A stretch of 64,000 bases of DNA from Rhodospirillaceae bacterium (GTDB lineage: Bacteria; Pseudomonadota; Alphaproteobacteria; MPNO01; UBA2964), in contig PAPV01000005.1 in assembly GCA_002709075.1 (NCBI GenBank), positions 13,352 to 77,351 of the forward strand, read 5' to 3'. Position numbers and translations under genes: made by a program. Below the pieces are notes generated by a model. It was not told the origin of the DNA and did no database searches. It was given only the letters and a program-made list of their open reading frames with translations. This document shows positions 59,278 through 64,000 of the stretch, one piece after another. Every line of letters begins with the position of its first letter. Position 1 is the stretch's first letter.

Positions 59278-60597
59278 ATGAATAAAGTTAAGTTTTTTGT
59301 AACGGGTGCGTTAGCGGTATTATTATCTTTTGGTGCTATGGTTGGCACTGCTAGCGCAGAAGGAGTTAAGGAATTTTATAAAGGCAAACGCCTAAAAATG
59401 ATTGTTGGTTCGGGAGCTGGGGGTGGTTACGATGCTTTTTCACGGCTTGTTGCACGCCATATCGGTAATTTTATTCCCGGCAATCCAACAATGATTGTAC
59501 AAAATATGCCGGGAGCTGGCGGTATAAAAGCAGCTAATTATATGGAGAACGTAGCACCTAAAGATGGTACAGTAGTGGGAGGCATGCAACGTTCAGTAGT
59601 TCTTGTTCAATTGATGGGTCAAAAAGGGCCAAAATTTCAATCTGCAAAGCTTCTTTGGCTTGGAAGTCTTGCAAAAGAAGCTGGTGTTTGTGCGATGGCG
59701 TCGAGAACAGGGATAACCCGATTGAATCAAGCACGGAACTCATCCAAAGCGTTTGCGATGGGGGGCTCGGGCCAAAACTCTACCGAATTCTGGCCCGCTC
59801 TCCTACGTAATACAATGGGGTTGAACTACAAACTTATAAGGGGATATCCATCAACGGCTCAGATCCATCTCGCAATTGCAAAAGGTGAACTTGATGGTAT
59901 CTGTCAGTCTTGGGCATCATTTAAAGATCAAGCAAATCAAATGCTTAAAGATAAAACGATAACGCCAATTGTACAAATTTCTCTTCATAATGATAAAGAA
60001 ATGACAAAGTTGGGGGTCCCTTTGTTAAGTGACTATCTTGCAAAAGAAAATCTGGTTAAGGGTCAAACCCTTGATGATGTAAGATTATTTTTCCAATTAA
60101 CTGTCATCCCACCATTGATGGGTAGGCCATTTGCAATGGCATCCGGGCTTCCCTCTGATCGAGGTCAAGCAATGAAGACTGCTTTTGAAGCGATGGCTAA
60201 AGATAAGAAATTTTTATCTGATGCAAAACGTATCAAGAGAAAAATTGAACTCGTTTCAGGAGATGAAATTCAAAAGATAATTTCTTCCCTCTCTAAAACC
60301 CCTCCAGCTAAGCTAGCAGCATTGAAGGAGATGTTTAAGTTTACTGGCCCGGTTGAAAAGGTAGTTCTTCCAATCATTGTAGAGGGCGGTAAAGTGCTGA
60401 AAATAAAGCGTAAAGGGCGCCGCATAACCATTGATTTTAAGGGTAAAAAACGTCGAGCGAACGTGTCTGGAAAAAGAACAAAAGTCTTTGTCGATGGTAA
60501 AAAAGTTAAAAGAAAGGCTGTTAAAGTTGGTATGACTTGTAACTTTCATTACTATGGACATAAAACAACGGCTAAGAAGATTGATTGTAAAAGTTAA
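59278..60597 (+). CDS. Bug/TctC-family periplasmic binding protein with a basic C-terminal extension
   Basis: Sec signal (..TASA|E), GSGAGGGYD, VQNMPGAGG, GYPST, GRPFA; about 75 extra K/R-rich residues at the C-terminus. Confidence 0.85.
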   Translation: MNKVKFFVTGALAVLLSFGAMVGTASAEGVKEFYKGKRLKMIVGSGAGGGYDAFSRLVARHIGNFIPGNPTMIVQNMPGAGGIKAANYMENVAPKDGTVVGGMQRSVVLVQLMGQKGPKFQSAKLLWLGSLAKEAGVCAMASRTGITRLNQARNSSKAFAMGGSGQNSTEFWPALLRNTMGLNYKLIRGYPSTAQIHLAIAKGELDGICQSWASFKDQANQMLKDKTITPIVQISLHNDKEMTKLGVPLLSDYLAKENLVKGQTLDDVRLFFQLTVIPPLMGRPFAMASGLPSDRGQAMKTAFEAMAKDKKFLSDAKRIKRKIELVSGDEIQKIISSLSKTPPAKLAALKEMFKFTGPVEKVVLPIIVEGGKVLKIKRKGRRITIDFKGKKRRANVSGKRTKVFVDGKKVKRKAVKVGMTCNFHYYGHKTTAKKIDCKS

Positions 60598-60601
60598 AAA
60601 T

Positions 60602-60634
60602 AAAAAAACCCCGGGATCTAATCCCGGGGTTTTT
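60602..60634. terminator. Bidirectional rho-independent terminator
   Basis: AAAAAAACCCCGGGAT-CTA-ATCCCGGGGTTTTT between convergent genes. Confidence 0.9.
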
Positions 60635-60656
60635 GTTTAATTTCTTTTATCCATTC

Positions 60657-61190
60657 CTAGAGCCGCCCTCCGACATTCACAGAATTTTTATCGAGATTAA
60701 ACCTATTGGTCGGGATTGTGTCGAGATCAGTTCCTGTTACTCTCACAAACCTTGCACCATCAGGAAAATGAATTGAATGAATGTCTCCAATATCAAATTT
60801 ACCTGCCATTCCGACATTTAGTCGAAACGTCTCTTTTTCTTCCAGATTAGCAAAACCTTCCTTAGTGCCATCATCTTTTCTTTTCCAAATTGTCATATCT
60901 GTCCATTCAGCAGCCTGTCCATAAACAGCCCATGATCTTCCATGATCGTGTGGCGGCCCTTTCTTGCCCTCGGAATACACATGCACCAATACATTAAAAT
61001 GAGTTTCTTCATCTCTATAAATAGTTCGTATCCCGGTCTTAGCCGATGGACCGCATTCTGCTGCAATGAAATTGGGATTTGCCAGTAATCTCTCCAAATT
61101 ATCCTTAATTTTTTCACGACCCTTTGGCCCAAGGTCAGCTTGCAGAATTTTTCTACTGTCCGTACAAAATTGAGAAAATTCATATGCCAT
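60657..61190 (-). CDS. Cupin-fold metal enzyme (cysteine dioxygenase-like)
   Basis: PPHDHGRSWAVYG and GDIHSI give a putative 3-His metal site. Confidence 0.75.
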   Translation of the reverse strand: MAYEFSQFCTDSRKILQADLGPKGREKIKDNLERLLANPNFIAAECGPSAKTGIRTIYRDEETHFNVLVHVYSEGKKGPPHDHGRSWAVYGQAAEWTDMTIWKRKDDGTKEGFANLEEKETFRLNVGMAGKFDIGDIHSIHFPDGARFVRVTGTDLDTIPTNRFNLDKNSVNVGGRL

Positions 61191-61875
61191 TCAACAACCC
61201 TTGATATTTCTTTAATAATAACGGCAAGAGTAGCCCGCTACCACCAAATTAAAAAGCACTTTTATTAAACTACTATTTTATGCATTCATGTCGAGCAATA
61301 ATTAGTTTTCAAATTACTACGGGTGTTTTTAAATTTCCATTAACGAAAATTAGGGCAAAACCGTTTTTGGCTGGAAAACGAACGATAACTGATGGAATGG
61401 ACACTATTTTGTTCTTCAGGTTAACCATACTTAGACCTGTCGCTCCGAATATGGTGATTTATTGTGAGGAGATTTTTTTCAGTTGAACCTATGAACCCTC
61501 TCTCAAATCATATTGGTTCTTTGTAATTAGCTAATGATACAATTTATGGCTTTTTATGGCTTTCAGTATATGTGTTAACAAACTTTATTATTTGCGATGA
61601 AAACATTTAAAAGTCTGCGTTTTACAATTGCTGGTATTAATGACATAAATCAAACTGCGGCGAGTGGTCTATTTGGTGGTGTAGAGTATTCGGTACTGGC
61701 CGAGCGGCTCGTCATAAGCGTATCCCTGGATATTTTGGTACCGAGGTCAGTGGATTTCCGATATAGTCTGCTTTGGTCCTCACAAGAGCCGTTTGCATCT
61801 TATTTATTAGTTGAAAAAATAAAAAAACTTGACCCCAGCAGTCTTAAAAAAATTAGCAGTGTTTTATGGATTGGT

Positions 61876-62883
61876 TTAATTATTCATTAATAAAACAACA
61901 CGTCCGATTGATCTTCGAGATATAACATGATCCATGGCTTCTCTAAACATTTCAAGTGGATATTTTTCACATACTTTTGGTTTTATTTTTCCGCTTTCGC
62001 TCAAAACACAAAATTCATTCATAATTTGACGCACCAAACACTCGGACTCATACCGAATGTCTTGTGGGCTCCAACCATAATAGGTTCCAAAATTTAGTCC
62101 AACTACAGAAATATTCTTTATAAGTATTATGTTTGTTAGCGCAGGTGCTGCTATACCACTACTAAAACCGATTGGGCAGATACGGCCTTCAAAGCTGATG
62201 CAGCGCAGTGATTGCTCAAATGTATGACCACCTACTGGATCGATAATCTTATCAACTCCTCTCCCACAAGTGATTTCGAGAACAAGGTCGCGAAACTTGT
62301 CTCTTGAAGTATTAATTACATGATCGGCGCCGTAAGCGCGCGCAACATCGAGTTTGTCTTCATTACTCGCGGTGGCAATAACTTCTGCACCTAGTATTTT
62401 CCCTAGTTCAATAGATGCGAGCCCCAGCGCTCCAGCTGCTCCATGAACCAGTAAAGTATCTCCGCTTCGTACGTCAAGAAGCCGAGGCCACGTAAGAGCC
62501 GCCTTTGCGGTAGCATACGAATTAAAATTTGTCGCTTGCGCAAAACTGATGGCATCTGTCAAATGATAGGTGTTTACTTCAAAAGAGACAGCTTCTTCAG
62601 CGTAGCCACCCCAATCCAGTGCAGCAAATACTCTATCCCCTGGTGAAAACTTTTTTACGCCACTGCCAATTTCCATTACTAAACCCGCACACTCTGTTCC
62701 GGGTGTAAATGGCAAAGGAGGCCTGCGTTGGTATTTTCCAGACACCACTAAGTTTGTTGCGAAACTGACTCCAGCTGCCTTAACCAATATTCTCAACTGG
62801 TTTGGCTTAAGTGGAGATCTATTCAGTTCCTCAATGGTTAGGGAATTAAAATCTGTGTATTTAGTAACCCAAAGTCCTCGCAT
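61876..62883 (-). CDS. NADPH:quinone oxidoreductase / MDR family reductase
   Basis: GKYQRRPPLPFTPG, GAAGALG, IDPVGG. Confidence 0.9.
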   Translation of the reverse strand: MRGLWVTKYTDFNSLTIEELNRSPLKPNQLRILVKAAGVSFATNLVVSGKYQRRPPLPFTPGTECAGLVMEIGSGVKKFSPGDRVFAALDWGGYAEEAVSFEVNTYHLTDAISFAQATNFNSYATAKAALTWPRLLDVRSGDTLLVHGAAGALGLASIELGKILGAEVIATASNEDKLDVARAYGADHVINTSRDKFRDLVLEITCGRGVDKIIDPVGGHTFEQSLRCISFEGRICPIGFSSGIAAPALTNIILIKNISVVGLNFGTYYGWSPQDIRYESECLVRQIMNEFCVLSESGKIKPKVCEKYPLEMFREAMDHVISRRSIGRVVLLMNN

Positions 62884-62891
62884 GCAGAAAC

Positions 62892-64000
62892 TTAGATCCT
62901 ATTTTTCCTTGTGATCCACATCTCCCTTAAATCTGGCCTCCGGACTTTACCCCGATCGTTCTTTGGTAGTTTATCAATAAAGAGGAATTCCTTCGGCATT
63001 CGATAGTCAGGTATTGTCATTGCGCAGTGTTTTTTTATATCCTCTGCTGATAGTTTGTCCCCTTCACGAACTACAACGAATGCAACAATTTCCTCTCCAT
63101 AAATATCGTCTGGTATACCTACCCCCGCTGCTTCATAAACCTTTGGATGCTGCATCATAACATTGTCAACTTCTACTGGAGAAATATTAACACCACCCCT
63201 TATAATTAAATCTTTGAGTCTTCCAGTGACCGTGATAAAGCCTTCTTCGTCCATTACAGCAAGATCCCCAAGGGGAACACGTTTTCCTTTTAAATTCTCC
63301 CAAACCCCATCAGCAGTCATTGAGGATTTTGCACATTGTGGTCCGCCAAGTGTCACCTCTCCCTCTTCGCCTTGTTTCACTGGAATTGAATTTTCATCGA
63401 CCAATACGAATTCTTGATGTTTTGCTGGAGGCCCAACTGTTCCGTATTTTTTTGCGTAGTGCCGGTTTCCACAAACCCAGCCACCTTCCGAACACCCAAA
63501 AAATTGAAGCAGATTAATCCCATATGTTTCTTCAAATTGTTTCCATCGCTCCGGCGGCAAGGGTGCTGTTGAAGAACTCATCAACCTAAGTGTCGGGATA
63601 TCCTTCGCTGTTACACCAGTAGGTCGATCTAAAAGCATGTTAATTACTGTAGGAATCCCTGCAGAGAACGTAATATCATGCTCTTTGATCCAGTTAAAAA
63701 AGTTGCTATGAGAGAACCGTCGGGCAAAATGTAATGTGCACCCTGTTGCTAACCAGGGTATTAAAGATAAACCCTGAGCCGAATTCCATCCAAAAGAACG
63801 AAACTCTAGTGTTTTGTCATTTTCAGTAAGTCCGATTTGGTCAATTGTAGATAAACCAAAAGACCAATGTGCCAAATGGTCTATAAGAAAATTCTTAGGT
63901 TTGTCTGTTGTTCCCGATGTGCAAAAAATAGTAGCATCATCCTCTTCATTATAGTCAATTTCACATTCAGGGAACTCAGCCAATTTTGAAATTTTGGAAA
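62892..64000 (-). CDS. Class I adenylate-forming enzyme (acyl-CoA ligase), 5'-truncated by the window edge
   Basis: TSGTTDKPK, GRLKDLIIRGGVNISP, LPKNDRGK; the frame is open to the end of the window. Confidence 0.88.
   Translation of the reverse strand, partial: SKISKLAEFPECEIDYNEEDDATIFCTSGTTDKPKNFLIDHLAHWSFGLSTIDQIGLTENDKTLEFRSFGWNSAQGLSLIPWLATGCTLHFARRFSHSNFFNWIKEHDITFSAGIPTVINMLLDRPTGVTAKDIPTLRLMSSSTAPLPPERWKQFEETYGINLLQFFGCSEGGWVCGNRHYAKKYGTVGPPAKHQEFVLVDENSIPVKQGEEGEVTLGGPQCAKSSMTADGVWENLKGKRVPLGDLAVMDEEGFITVTGRLKDLIIRGGVNISPVEVDNVMMQHPKVYEAAGVGIPDDIYGEEIVAFVVVREGDKLSAEDIKKHCAMTIPDYRMPKEFLFIDKLPKNDRGKVRRPDLREMWITRKNRI

Noticed and set aside
41733-64000. Genomic island integrated at tRNA-Leu
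   Set aside because: No integrase, no duplicated tRNA 3' end seen, and no obvious compositional shift in the window.
1-64000. CRISPR array, IS element, prophage or anti-phage defence genes
   Set aside because: No regularly spaced repeats, and no transposase, integrase, nuclease or phage structural motifs were recognised.

Overview
AT-rich chromosomal segment, most likely from an alphaproteobacterium (Rhodospirillales-like; inferred from class II DAHP synthase-nadE-cysS-trmJ, stand-alone rpsD and the purS-purQ-purL-bolA-grxD order). It has three parts. (1) 1-8.5 kb is a block of seven mostly uncharacterised exported or membrane-anchored proteins: a TonB/TolA-like anchored protein, a lipoprotein, a DUF6844-like protein, a CsgG/FlgT-architecture protein, a second secreted protein, a Tat substrate and a Sel1-like protein. 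Together they look like an undescribed envelope complex. (2) 9-42 kb holds housekeeping genes (gabD, gor, nadE, cysS, rpsD, pur genes, map, tRNA-Leu-TAA), MFS transporters and decaying genes (a DUF1932 oxidoreductase and a DEAD-box helicase). (3) 42.8-64 kb is a CoA-dependent (hetero)aromatic acid catabolic region: two UbiD decarboxylases (one closely resembling phthaloyl-CoA decarboxylase), an hmfABC-like 2-furoyl-CoA dehydrogenase, three CoA ligase systems, a PcaD-like hydrolase and an orphan Bug/TctC binding protein with an unusual basic C-terminal domain. I saw no CRISPR array, integrase, transposase or phage gene. All family assignments come from recognising motifs by eye; no database search was run.
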